Part shown: in pieces, positions 14,317-27,414 of the stretch | Position numbering within the stretch: position 1 is the stretch's first letter | Layout: every line of letters starts with the position of its first letter | DNA from: Chrysomallon squamiferum | Lineage: Eukaryota; Animalia; Mollusca | Assembly: GCA_012295275.1 (NCBI GenBank) | Contig: CM022672.1 | Location: 24,614,001-24,678,000, forward strand | Direction of reading: 5' to 3' | Length of the DNA: 64,000 nt | The notes under the pieces: model-generated | Seen by the model: only the letters and a program-made list of their open reading frames with translations | Database searches by the model: none | What the model was told of the DNA's origin: nothing | Translations under genes and position numbers: made by a program

Positions 14317-16361
14317 TTTACTCTTTTCTAAAAAAAAATTATTTTTATTTTATTTATTTTTTACAGATTTTAATATCTATTAAAGTGATAGTATAGCTAA
14401 TACAAATAATGGCAGGAATAAAATGACTTACTGTTCGTCTTTTCAAAGCTTCGTGTAAAAGCTGACAAATATCTTCACCTACGACTCCCTCACAGCGGAA
14501 ACCTTTGGTCCATTTTGACAATCTCGCTTTAGCCAGACCTTCCTGGCTGCATGGAAACGAGAATGTGAAACCAAGAGGAAGTTTCTGCCCTTGTAAATTG
14601 TGGTCTCGGATGAATTTTCCAATACAGTCAGCTATGTGGTCAAACAGCTGGGCCAAATAAACAGAAATTCCATGGTAGTGAAATATTTTTCATTTATCTG
14701 AATATGTATTTTCTAATCTAGTTCTAACTCAAGAATGATATCCAAACAGTTAAATTACAAAAACAGACCAAATACAATATAAAATATTTAGTGCTTTAAA
14801 AATTTTACTCATTTCAAGTAATTTTAAATCTTGATATAGAATTTATTTGTGATACAGTTATAATTGTTTTCATTTATTTAATACAGACCACTTTTCTCAA
14901 ATTATGTAATCTACCTGTTGTCCTGTCCCAAGCATAATTCTCTGGGGTATGAGGTAGGTTTTACTCTGAATGTCCACATTTCCTTTATCTATTTTCACCA
15001 ATAGCACTCTGAAATTCGTGCCTCCAAGATCAAGAGCAAGAAAACTTCCTGTTTCTGAAAATTGAGGCAACAAATCTTAACATGTAAAGTTGCTCTCTCT
15101 CTCTCTCCTATATATATATATATAGGGTTCTATTTGATTTCATCTTGTTCCTCCAATTTGAGAATTTAGTGGAGTGGAATTTCAAGCCCAAAATCGAAAC
15201 ACTAATTAATAATAAAAAAATAATAATCACTAACCTGTTCCATCTGGCAGGGACCTGACAAATGTGGGGAACATTTTGATGTCGGCCACGTGATGTGTTT
15301 GCTTGGTCAGCCCGTTGTTCATTTCTGCATCTAACAGATGCATGATACGTTTGTATGTTAGGGTTGACAGCTTGAAACCCTTAATAAGAGCCTCGATCTG
15401 AAACGATATTTTGCGATCAGTACTCAGTCTGTGCAGAAATAGCGCAATTCAGTAACTGTTCTTACTTGAGTCTTCATACAAACTAAAAAGTACTACAGCC
15501 AAAATAGTTTTTAAAATATATTAAGAAATTCCTCTCATGGTTACTCTACAAGTAGACTACTAGGTGACATAATAAATTTATTTAAAATGTAAAATATATT
15601 TATTTTATTTTTAAAAATTTATTTATAAAAGGTCACTTTTACAACAAACAGAAAAGAAAAAGTTCAAGAACAAAAAATAATTAAAAAAAAAAAAAAAAAA
15701 AAAAAAACGCACCAAAAAACCAGGAAAACAAAACCAGTTCAGTATTAAAAGTAAGTAGTAATTTGTAGAACAGTTCATTATTGGATAAGACTTTATTACT
15801 GTAGAACAAGCATACCTTAGAGTAATTCATTTCCGAATATAAATTATTAGGACACACAACTGTTAGTCTAAGATAATGTTTATCAACAAAATAGTAGTTT
15901 CCGAATAGAAGGGGATAAATATCAGACTAAAATAGCTATGAACAGTAGACACGTGGTCGATGACGTAGGTGGATAAGATCTCTGTGAACGATTTTGTCGT
16001 AAACATTCTTGAACGGAAACAAGATCAATATATTCACACCAGTTTTTCTGGCACCGAGCCATATTGTAGAATAGCGCTTTAGATCGTCTGACATTTCACC
16101 GATAATACGTCAGAATGTTGTAAACGTAAGACCTTACCAAATTCTACAGGACCTAAAAGAGTTGTTATTAAGCAGGTTTCCGAAAGTACGCATTTACGTG
16201 AACTCCAATACCATTTAATTTTTTATTTTTTTATGTGTAAAATATATGAGTGGCCTTATATCTGCTGTTGCATTTACTGTGTTGTTTACTAACATCGTAG
16301 AAAGGTTTAGTCACATTGTCCTTGGCCCATAATTCATGAATTCATGATCAGGAATCATTGG

Positions 16362-16407
<46 letters not shown>

Positions 16408-17060
16408 ACACAATTATCTGTTATCTACTCACATTTAAAAAGGATTTTTACTAATACATTTGCCTCAGATAAATTCAAGTGTCTGATGACAATTTCATCT
16501 AAAACCAACGATATTTTCAAAATTAAGCAGCATTTCATTAATCGAAGGTGTATTTTTAAATTTAATTTATTATTATATTTATTATTATTATTTTTTTTTT
16601 AATAGGTGTAACAAAAGCAGCGAAACCGAAGTTAACGTATAATATCAGAATACAAACCTTTGTGCGCGGGAACTGCGGTTTGTGAACCATGAAATGAATT
16701 TATGAATGAAAAGACGTATAATATAGACTTCATTGACTATTTTTTTTTTTTTTTTTTTTTTTAAATATTTTTTAGAAAAAAAAAAAAAAAAAAAAGGATA
16801 AAATATAGAACATTTCTTTTTTTTTTTTTTTTTTTTCTCTTTGGCATGCTTTTTTGTAAAGTGAGAACATTTCTGAATGTAAGCTTTTTTAGAATGTGAG
16901 TCCAAAGTTCGAGTATATTTCCATAACAAGAGAAAAAAATTCTCTTGAAAGTAATATGGTTGACACATTTAAGCCAGTGGAAGACTTAGAATTCTTGGGA
17001 AATTTACCGAGCAAGGCGGACATTTAATCTTCAAGGAGATTCTGCTATTGTATTCATCTG

Positions 17061-17093
<33 letters not shown>

Positions 17094-18170
17094 AAGAAAA
17101 GAAGAGCCATAAAACAAGAATTATAATATTTATATATATATATATATATATTGTTTGCAATTTAAATTTATTTAAATATTAACATTTTTGTTTTTCCCAA
17201 GAGAGAGAGAGAGAGAGAGAGAGAGGTCAATAAAAAAAGAAGTGTATAATAATAAAAAAAACATTAACACAGTGAATATTTATTATGACATATTGTTTAT
17301 AATCGTATATTTATGTATGCATAGACAGGTGCCATATTCGATTTACGCAATACGCATTCCTGGGACGGCGCAACCATTTATGCAGTACAACACAGGGAGA
17401 TATGACGTAGGTTAAATAAATGTGGTGAATACCCTTGCCAATATCTAAAAATAAAACATAACCTTCCATTTTCCTCCAACGCTTGATGTCATTCAAAAAC
17501 ATACAAAATAGATACCAACAGAAAATAAAAATGTTTTCGATATTTCCTATTATTAGCGGGAGGGAATATCGCTGAACGAACAACATGTAACATAGCTGAC
17601 TGGAAGAAAAAAATAAAAATAAAAATAAAACAAACAAATAATACTATTTATTTTAGTAACACCTTACTTCCTTGTTTGCTCGAACTGGTTTCTGGGTCAA
17701 AAACCCCCCCAAAAGTCACCTTTTAGGGAATCTAAATTAACTATTTGCAGAACGCTTTTCAATGATTTTGTATTTAAAAAATAAAGAATTGTTTTGGATT
17801 TTTCTGTTAATGATGTTTCATATAATAGTCTAATTTCTAATGTTGTTATCTATACATATACTTGTATGTTTATATTACCTATGAAATATATATATCTCTG
17901 TCAGGCTACTGGCGTTCTGATGGTTGAATATTTTACTGTTATTTCAATTTAAAACATTATTGCACTTTTAGACTTTAAACTTGAAAGAAATAAGCTAAGA
18001 TAACTATTAAGAAAACCATCTAGGACTAGATAATACTATACTTATTATAGCAATATGATATATGTGTAACTTTAAGAGAAACATCCAAAAGAAAATTTTT
18101 TATTTTCCTCATACAAAATCATTGAAAAGCATACTACAAATATTTAATTTAGATTATCCAAATGTGACAT

Positions 18171-18202
<32 letters not shown>

Positions 18203-18296
18203 CTCCCAGAAGCCAGTTCGCGCAAACAAGGAAGTAAGGTTTTACGAAAATAAATAGTGTTATTTTATTTTTGTTATGAAAACAAGGATATCCTGT

Positions 18297-18338
<42 letters not shown>

Positions 18339-20445
18339 GTCTTACACAGCCTTTGATAACAGTGCATCTCGATCTGTTTACGTTTAAAACATCAAGAACA
18401 ATAAAGAATAAATAAATAATAAAAAAATAAAATAAAAATAAAATAAAAATAAAGCTCTTAATAGTCATGAGGATCTCTGGTCGACGCCTCAGTCGCAGCA
18501 ACAGCTACACGGGTAACCTGAGTACACCGATGCAGTCTTATAAAAGTCGCGCGGAACATGCCCTACCGGTGACATGTCAAAGAATGGGTTTGAAAAATGG
18601 TCTTGCTTCACAAATAAAAACATATATAAATAATTTTTAAATTTGCAAGTTTCAGTAAATTTCGTCATGTTAGTTTGATGAAAAAGAGTTTGCAAAGAAC
18701 AATGCACCAACAGATAATTATTAATTATTACTTATGCATTAAGTAACGAAGAACGTGTTCGCCAGTTTTTACAAATGTTTTTAAAACTTTCTGTTTATTT
18801 TTCAGAGCTGATGCATTATTAAGAAATGTCGCTAAATTGTACACATATTCAATGTTTAGTAAGCTATTTATAGGAAAAAACTGAAGTTTTTTTTTAATTA
18901 TACGCCTCTATTCATAGATATTATCGTTCGAAATGTATATTATACAGATATACTAACTTTTAGCATATAAACCAGACCTTCACAGAATGAATAACTGCAA
19001 TAAACATAACAGTATTTAAGATCCGAGAGATCGATGATAGAAACTAAATATTAACGTCACCGAAAAGTATCGCAGCAGGAATACAGAAAACTAATCTTGA
19101 CACAGGTGTTTTATGTTTCAGAGCTTCAAGAATATTAAATTGTCTTAAAACAAATTAAGCGCTTAAAACTAAATATCAGAGATCTGAATTATGTCTGGAA
19201 AAGGACAAAGTTAGAGATGAAACCTTTTTAATATAGTAACATTTATTTGGTTGGGTTCCCCCTTAATTTATTAGATTCGTTGTTGTTGTTGTTCTTGTTA
19301 CTATTATTATTATTATTACTGATGAACAAAAAGAAGATTGACCATAACCACATTTATTTTAACGGGTGCAATAATAGAAATGAATGTTCTACGATCATTG
19401 TATTCTTTTTATTCTTTTTTATCGAGGGCAACGTACTCCTTCAAGTAAAGCAGAGGTACAATCTTCCATTCTGTTTGACAGACAGATAAGAATGTCTAAG
19501 AAAATGCTTTTCGTGAGAACGATGCATTTATTCTTTGGCAGGTTGTCAAGAAGAGGGTGATTGTACTGATAAATCTCACATTATCTTCTCTTTTTTTTCT
19601 CTTTTTTCTCCCAGCAGTCTTAGCCAGCAGAAGGATAAAAATCGTCGAGGAAATGCAAGCCAATCGTTTCGTTCCAAAGTACAAGGTTTTAAATCTTACA
19701 AAATAGTAACAGCACACAAAAAGTGAATTTGGGCGTAAATGCAGTCATGTTACAGTTATTTCATACTGTAACAATATGTATTCAGCAAGAAGTTTTATTA
19801 TTTAATGCTATTTCAAAGCATAAGAAAATACATTTCAGTTCTTTTCTGACAGAAATACATTTATATTCATTTCTCTCGTTTTCTTTGTAACAATAATTAA
19901 AATTACTGATAACAAGAAACATTATAACTGATAGAAAAAAATCACCCCCCCTTCAACATCTACAGTCTTAAATATGTTTCTTTAGCAACTAAAAACTGAT
20001 GTTACTGTGTTTTGTCACGCCAGACAAACTCAGCATAAATTGTGCTAATGAAACTAGTTTTGATTTAATAGGGAAACCAAAAAGTCCACAAAACTAATAG
20101 TAAAACATTTCATAAACATGTTTAGCTGTTAACAATAATTGTCACTGTAAGTTTTGTCTCGCTGTTCAAACTCAACATAAATTATGCTAATGGCACTAGT
20201 TCTGAATAGAAGGTAACTCCGTACGACAGCTTCCGTTGACGTCAAGGACAAACAATACCTATATGGGAATGGCCGTTCCGCAACAATGAAAGATACGGCG
20301 CACAATAACGACCCAGACTTTATTTTGTTGAAAAGTTACATTATACCGTCTATAATCCTGTTATATTCACAAATACGTAAATCTAGTCAATAGTCTGTTT
20401 CGTCGGACCAGAGATAAAGGACTCTTCAGAAGAATAAAAATAAAA

Positions 20446-20483
<38 letters not shown>

Positions 20484-20980
20484 AATAATAGTAAACAAAT
20501 AAATGTTTAAAAATAATAATGATTTTTAACAAATAATCAGCTGTAATTATGTACGAGATCGTAAATCAACAATAAATTAAATTAATATTTTAAAGTTTTC
20601 TGTTTCGTTTTTCATTACCCATATATATATATTATTATTATTTTTAAATGAATGAATGAATAAATGATGATGATGATAATAATAATAATTTATGTACTTT
20701 AATAACATAAGATTTGCGTGTAAAACCATCCAAATGAAAAGGAAAGAATTACAATTAATAATAAAAAATTATATGAAACATATTCTGCATTTTGGATATT
20801 TCACACGAAAGTGAGTAGTTTGGTACAGCACCATTTTTAATCTCAGTGACTTTTTATTCTTTTCTTTTATATATATATTTACAGCGGGAGAGAATTTCTA
20901 CATTCCTCACTACTGGAGTTGTCTCTCTGATACTAATAATTGAAATAAGATCAAATTAATAAAAGTTATTTTAATAATCT

Positions 20981-21048
<68 letters not shown>

Positions 21049-21971
21049 CCATGTTGAAAACTGTATGATGATCTATTTTTGTAATATTGCATCGGGAGGA
21101 AAAGAACGGTACGGAAAACAAAAATAATTAAAGAGAAAAGAAAGAAACGAACGAAATAAATAAATCTAATGTAGGACTTCACTTATTTCGCAATCTTGCA
21201 CCTTCCAACGTTCGTCCTCTAAAGTCTAAGCGAACCCGCGGCAAACAATCTATTCGACCTATCTCGAAAGCTATTTTTAGTTATCCTCTTTCGCCAAGCC
21301 ATGTGTAACGATGCTAATGATTTTTGCAGTGCTTAGTCTCAAGGGTAATTTATTCAACCTTTTGGAGGTGTGCCGAGGACACACACTACGTTTCAGCCAA
21401 TCAAATCCCTTGGCTGCGCTATACTGCTTAAACAAGAAACGAGATATATACTGGAGTTTTAAATGATATGCTATTGCGTTACAAATGAAAAGAGAGGGTT
21501 AAAATAAATAGCGTGATCATTAAAACGTTTAATGATTACTGATTCCAAATAAATCGCAAATTTCGCCACAATTTCTATTAAAACAAATATTACATAAATA
21601 ACCAGAGACCGACATTTCTGACAGATGTCAATGTCCGATTTCATTCATTTATTCGCTGTATAAAACGACAATACTTTTATCTCAAAACCTCATTCATTTC
21701 ATGTTTAATAATGATAATATTGTAACCTGTGTTGAAATCAAATAAACAAATACAACAGTAGAAATAGAAGTTTTAAAATAAGAACACAACACTATAGATG
21801 TAGCGCTCACGCGTGATGATTTAGAAAGACTACGAAGGAGCTCGATTTCAGTGCGTCTCGGCATAATATTTGGTTAATAAATCTGCCACTGCTGTAGAAT
21901 TAAAAATTCGTATTAACAGTCTCAATTCTTACCTTTTCGTATTTACTCAGTTGCTGAGGTGTGGATGGCAT
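11754..21971 (-). CDS. Hexokinase paralog A (single-domain ~50 kDa, ~461 aa with exon 1 at 21971-21933). Exons in transcription order: 21971-21933, 15397-15235, 15054-14915, 14647-14432, 14052-13953, 13819-13731, 13547-13435, 12977-12819, 12544-12405, 12109-11973, 11843-11754
   Basis: Motifs [85 protein letters not shown] and DGSGKGAA. All introns are GT-AG and phases chain without frameshift. Exon 1 is acc[16 protein letters not shown], donor |gtaaga. Confidence 0.95.
17636..18265. repeat. 61-bp inverted repeat pair (17636-17696 / 18205-18265) around ~510 bp; MITE-like, in HK-A intron 1
   Basis: aaataatactatttattttagtaacaccttacttccttgtttgctcgaactggtttctggg versus the reverse complement of the right arm: 5 mismatches in 61 nt. 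No clear TSD. Confidence 0.85.
18346..18468 (-). CDS. Candidate alternative first exon of HK-A, 41 codons, [41 protein letters not shown]
   Basis: ATG at 18468, phase-0 donor TGT|gtaaga. A CpG-rich patch with a TATA-like element lies at ~18480-18580 just upstream. The hydrophobic stretch derives from T-rich low-complexity DNA, so it could equally be UTR. Confidence 0.4.
19437..19469 (-). CDS. Candidate alternative first exon of [14 protein letters not shown]
   Basis: Good start context (agaATGG), 33 nt, phase-0 donor GGA|gtacgt. CCAAT motif (agccaatcg) at ~19658, upstream on the minus strand. Confidence 0.5.
20000..20205. repeat. Diverged ~65-bp direct repeat (20000-20063 and 20140-20205)
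   Basis: gttttgtcacgccagacaaactcagcataaattgtgctaatgaaactagttttga versus gttttgtctcgctgttcaaactcaacataaattatgctaatggcactagttctga. Confidence 0.75.
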
Positions 21972-22042
21972 GGTGATGTTTGAACGTGTGGAATATTCCT
22001 GGAGTCTCGAGGCAGACGTCTGCTCCTCAGTACTTGTGTATC

Positions 22043-22198
22043 GACTGACGAAGACCGGAGACTTCTACATGTGTTTATTATGCTGGTTTCGCAGGCTATA
22101 CATATTTATGAGCTTGTTTACATACGTCTCTTCCAATGGTATATCAGATTCTGTTACAGCAAGAAGGTAGCTAGCTATTGCCGGTTCTGATTACGTAA
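22043..22198 (-). promoter_or_regulatory. Probable HK-A core promoter
   Basis: Inr-like TCAGTC (22048-22043) about 75 nt upstream of the exon-1 ATG. AT-rich TATA-like element ~30 nt further upstream. Palindromic TTACGTAA (PAR/E4BP4-type bZIP site) at 22191-22198. Local CpG enrichment. Confidence 0.45.
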
Positions 22199-22851
22199 AG
22201 AGATATTTTATATTTTTAGTATTTGTTTTTTCTTTTCCCCCACCGCAGTATATATATATATTTTTTTTTTATTCGTGAGTTTTTTTAAGTGTTGTTCTGT
22301 TTTTGTTACACTGTTTAGTATAGTCAGTTACTAACACGCCATTACTTCTAGGAAATCAGCAAACAACAGCACCATCAACAACAAATACCGTTTTAACACA
22401 GTTTATAAATAATAATAATAATCATCATCATCATAAAACGATTATTATTTTCACAACGTTTTCCCTATGAATTTTTGAAATATATATATATATATATTTA
22501 TTTATTTATTAATAGAAATATCCAGTTAATATATATTTATTGTTTGTTTTTTAAATTATTTTTATTATTTATTTATTTATTTATATTATAATACATAAAT
22601 TTTAATATTCTTAAGAAATGCAACACTATATCAAATCTTTATACACGTACTTCACCTATGTCAAAACAATAACACACAATTTGTACTTTGACCAAGTAAA
22701 TTTGTTTTTTTTACTTGTTGAAGACACCTTAAACTGATATGTATATTATATATACAATAAAATAAAAAGTGTGCATCTCACAAAAACTGTATTTACTGCA
22801 ATCAACAAAGATTTGTTTTATATAATTTCAGATTATTTTTGCCAAATTCAT

Positions 22852-22908
<57 letters not shown>

Positions 22909-25900
22909 GAAGCACATCTCCATATAACAAGTATAATTATGTAACAGTAAAAGTGATGTAACTACCATTACTGCTAGTAGACAGTCACTGCTGCTGCTGC
23001 TGCTGCTACTGGTACCATGGTACTGTTACTATGCTTACTACTATTAAAATAATAAATAAATGGGCACACTTTCTTTCTCCTCTCATTCATTTAAAGTGGA
23101 AACTTAGTAGAAGATTATTTCAGGTCTTAATGGTTTAAACAGCACTGATAGTAGAATAGACAGGTGGATAAAAATATAAACAGTGCTTGAACATTAACAT
23201 GAAAATACTAATATATTATACTGAAAAATTACATATAAATTGAATGTACTTTGAAGTATAAATATAATGGAGGAAACGCAAATTATACAGAGAGAAAAAT
23301 CAGTTTAAATATGATAAGTGTGTGTGTGTGTGTGTGTGAATAAATTAATATATATGAAATAAATAAATGAAATGTTTACAGTAATAAAAAATAATTAAAT
23401 AATAAAAATGCAGATGTGTTAATCATTATTGTTATGGTCACCATCCTGAGTTGAAAGATATATCCAGGGAATATCATCACAATGTCAATCTGTATGATGT
23501 TTTAATATTTCCCCAGTCATCAAGTGATTTTTGGAAAAAATATTAACATTTATCATACAATGATTCTGTCATCCACAATTTAGCTGAAGTCAGCACTTGA
23601 ATTTTTAGTTTTCAACCTCCTGTCTCATGAGTGAACAATAATTAATTACCAGCTGACAGGGATGTACACTTCTTTCTTCTGTGGATGTTTGTATGCTGCA
23701 GCTGTTTTTCAAGAGGGGTGAAGTCTGTTTCATTGTTTTATTTATTTAAAAGTAAATAAACAAATAAAAGGTTGTGTTTGGAAAATGAAAAGGAATGAAA
23801 AATGTGTTTTTTTAATACAGTTCCTCTCTCTCTTGTACTATAAACAAAAAAATAAAATGAGTATAAGTAAAAATTTCAAGTAACACCTACAACAAAGAAC
23901 ATTAATAATAAACAATGAAGTGTCTGCAGTTCTAACAGACTGAGGCATCACATACAGCTTGCACCGACTAGTTTGTTAAAATATATTTTGCTTTGTCCCA
24001 GTCAAATAATGTTTCAAAATAACCAAGTATTATCCGTTTCATATGTGCTCATATATTTACTACATATTTACCAAAAAAATGTGTTATATGTCATAAAATA
24101 TTTTCTGCATCAGAAATTGAAAGGTTCTCGACCATTATCAATAAATAAAGACTAATAAAGAGAGAATAGCTAGGGTTTAATTTTTACATTTGTCATAGGT
24201 TTTGATTACAATGCAATGTATCTGGGGTGATTTATAGTCCAATAGGTAACCTTATTACGTATCCAGGTAACATGATCAATACATACTCACTTGTCTCCAG
24301 TTAAACTTTCAGTATTGTTAAGTATCTTGTGAGCAGGAAATGCATGTTCTGTCTAAACAGAAATGCTAATTTCACAAATTTCCAGTATGCAGTGCACAAT
24401 GCTGTCTTAAAATTTCATTTTTTTTTTTTTTTTATTTTTTTTAAAAGAACTGTATTGTTTAGTTATATGCTTGAATTATCTAAGCTTGTGAAGTTTTCAA
24501 ACTTTACAAGGACTGAAATGCAATTTCCAGTTAATAAGTATTTCTTTTATAAATAATATAGCAAAATATTCAAAATGAAATGAAAATTCACAAAAACACA
24601 GAAACGACATAAAATCAACTTTAATGGTTTCTATATCAATAACAGTAATACATACTTGGCAAAACAATATACCCACAAGCCCTACCCAGAATCAACCCCT
24701 GTGAAATGCAGCCTTAAATAATTATATATTATGTACATGCTTTTGAAGCAGGAAAATACAACTACAGGTATACACAAACTGCATAAAAATCTTTAAATGA
24801 GCATCAATAAAACAAGGTTAAAATAGTGTTTGCAAGAACCAAATAATATAAACAGCACATTGTCTAATTTAAAAATAAAAATTGCATCAGTCATGATTAG
24901 TGTGTGTATGTGGATCGCGCTCGTGTGTGTGTGTGTGTGTGTGTTGTAATAAAACTGAGAATAATTTAAATATATATTCAGTTAGTAATTAGCTTTATTA
25001 TCATCTTTTTTCTTCTTTATGGAAAAATAATATTCTGCCTCAAAATTTCATTTGAAAATCATTTATAATTATAAGTCAGAGGTCTCAGTAATTTAGTTAC
25101 TAATGAAATGATTTTTCTAGGGGAATTAATCTTAATGTTTGGAGTTGCATAGAAAAATTACCAGGAACATTTTAAAAATAAAACTATCTTACATGCACAT
25201 TTGAAAATATGCAACAAGATAACAAAGTTCAAACTATATCACTAATGGATTTCTTTTAATAAAATATAAGTTCCCTTTTAGAATAAAAGAGTAGTTCAGT
25301 TTGAGATAATGGAATCATTCAAGATGTGAAAGATACATCACAGGATGCAACAATTCTTTTAAAATTCTCATTGATTACTTTTAATATATATATATATTTA
25401 GTATAAGTTATCAATTTACCTATGTATTTCATTGTTCTTATACTTTTAATGTATCAAATGAATGTTTTACAAACACTAATATAAAAATTACTTAAAATAT
25501 TCAATATTTTCTATATCATACATGTGTATTAAGTAAAATGGCAGCAATATCTTAAAAATACAAGAGTGAATTTCAGTGTTTAGCTACAAGAAACAAGCTT
25601 TAATTTTAAAGTATGAAATTCAAACTATAGGCTTTTAATTTTGATTTTATATTAAAATGGTTAACTATTATTTCACATTTTATTAAGCTTTGACATTGCA
25701 ATAATATGATATAACAAACACATTTTGTGGTCACCATCTATTACAGTTTTTAACAGATAGGCAGTATGTAACAGGAACAAACACAGGAGATATTCTGCTT
25801 GCCTTCCATACTACTTTTACATACACAAACGACTAGTGAATGAAATATAAACTAGAATGCATATACAATAAGTGTTTTGGTCTCAGTATTGTTACACAGA

Positions 25901-27414
25901 TGGATAGATTTATTACAAATCAACAGAGCTTTTTTGTCTATAATTTTTATACTGTCTTGCTGGTCAGACTTAACTTCATACATCAGTAAATGGCAAGAAA
26001 TGAGTTTAACACTAACAAAAAACAACAGGCATGATAGATGCTATCATTATTGAGCCACCACAAATCCTAAATATGTTTTTATTCAAATAATTTTTTTTCT
26101 AAAATGCACTTTTTTGATATTTCACTTCACTTTTCATTTCGGGCCCTCAATCTAAATAAAAAAAAATAAAATAAATTAAGAAAAAACTTCAAATATAAAT
26201 TAAATATTTTTTAATAAATCCTCAAAATAGTAAAAGGTTTCCAATCTAAAGTCATCTATAATGAAAAGATTAACAAAAAAAAGAAGAAAAAAAGGGAAAA
26301 ACCCACAAAATATTATTAATTAAAAAATTCTTAAAAACAAACTATATTGCGTATTAATTAAAGAACCATATTACATAACTAATAAGTATTTCAGACAATA
26401 AAAGTATTTCAGTATTTCTCCTGAAACATAAAGAAAACTGAATGAAAAATCTTTCAGATATACAAATAAATTACAGATTATCCAGTCCCCAAACTGCCAC
26501 AAATAAAAAGCTAGTCCAAGAATATTCAAGTGGTTTTTATGAATTTATCATCTGTTCGTTGACAAATAATAGAAGAAACAGCAAAATGCAAATGACAGGA
26601 TTATCAAGCTTTCTACACTCATTTTCAGTGTAACAATTTCAGGTGAATGTTAACATTTTTTATTTGTAAATTCAATAAATCTGAAAAAAACCACAAGAAA
26701 AAAAACACATATTCTATCTGATTTTCAGGTTTTTTTTTTTTTAATAGTTTATTAATAAATAGTTTGTTCAGAAATTTATTTTGATCATTTATTATTAAAT
26801 AAGGCTGCCTCTCATTTCTAATAAAAACTTATAAGTTATGCTTGCATTTATAACAATATTCATCAAATGAATTACATAAAAATGAACTTCAAATGTGTTT
26901 CAGTATTAAATTTCAAGCTAAAAATAAAGAAAATAGCTATAAAAAATGAGTGTTAACTAATAAACCAAATTCAATTTTATCTGTATATAACTCAATATAG
27001 ATATTATTGAAAAATGCAACCTGAAATGTACTAAAACATCAACTCTCGTAAATACAGAAAAACTCCACCTCTTGCAAACTAACTTAACCTATACTGAAAC
27101 TCTTTCTTGTTAATTCTTACAGGTGCAGAGATAAAATTCATAGTTACATTTGTTTTTGGGTCAGTTATTGATATGAATTCAACCTGAATTGCTTCAGATC
27201 TTCACCACATGAACAAGACATTAATCTCCGACTTAATGACACCCACTTCTGTATTTTGTGTATTGGAATTGTCTGTGTGATATGATATAAACTGAAAGCA
27301 GATCAAGTGATCTGAGCTGTGGCCCCCAAACATTGCTATCGGCATCAATACCGAATCCAGGTGTGACCAGTATCAGTCTTTTAACATGAGATTCAAACAG
27401 TCAGATACATTTAA

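Noticed and set aside
16125-16200. Donor TTTG|gtaagg in HK-A intron 1 as another start exon or microexon
   Set aside because: The upstream ATG frame ends in phase 2, and the 15-nt microexon version has an in-frame TAG. Both are incompatible with exon 2.
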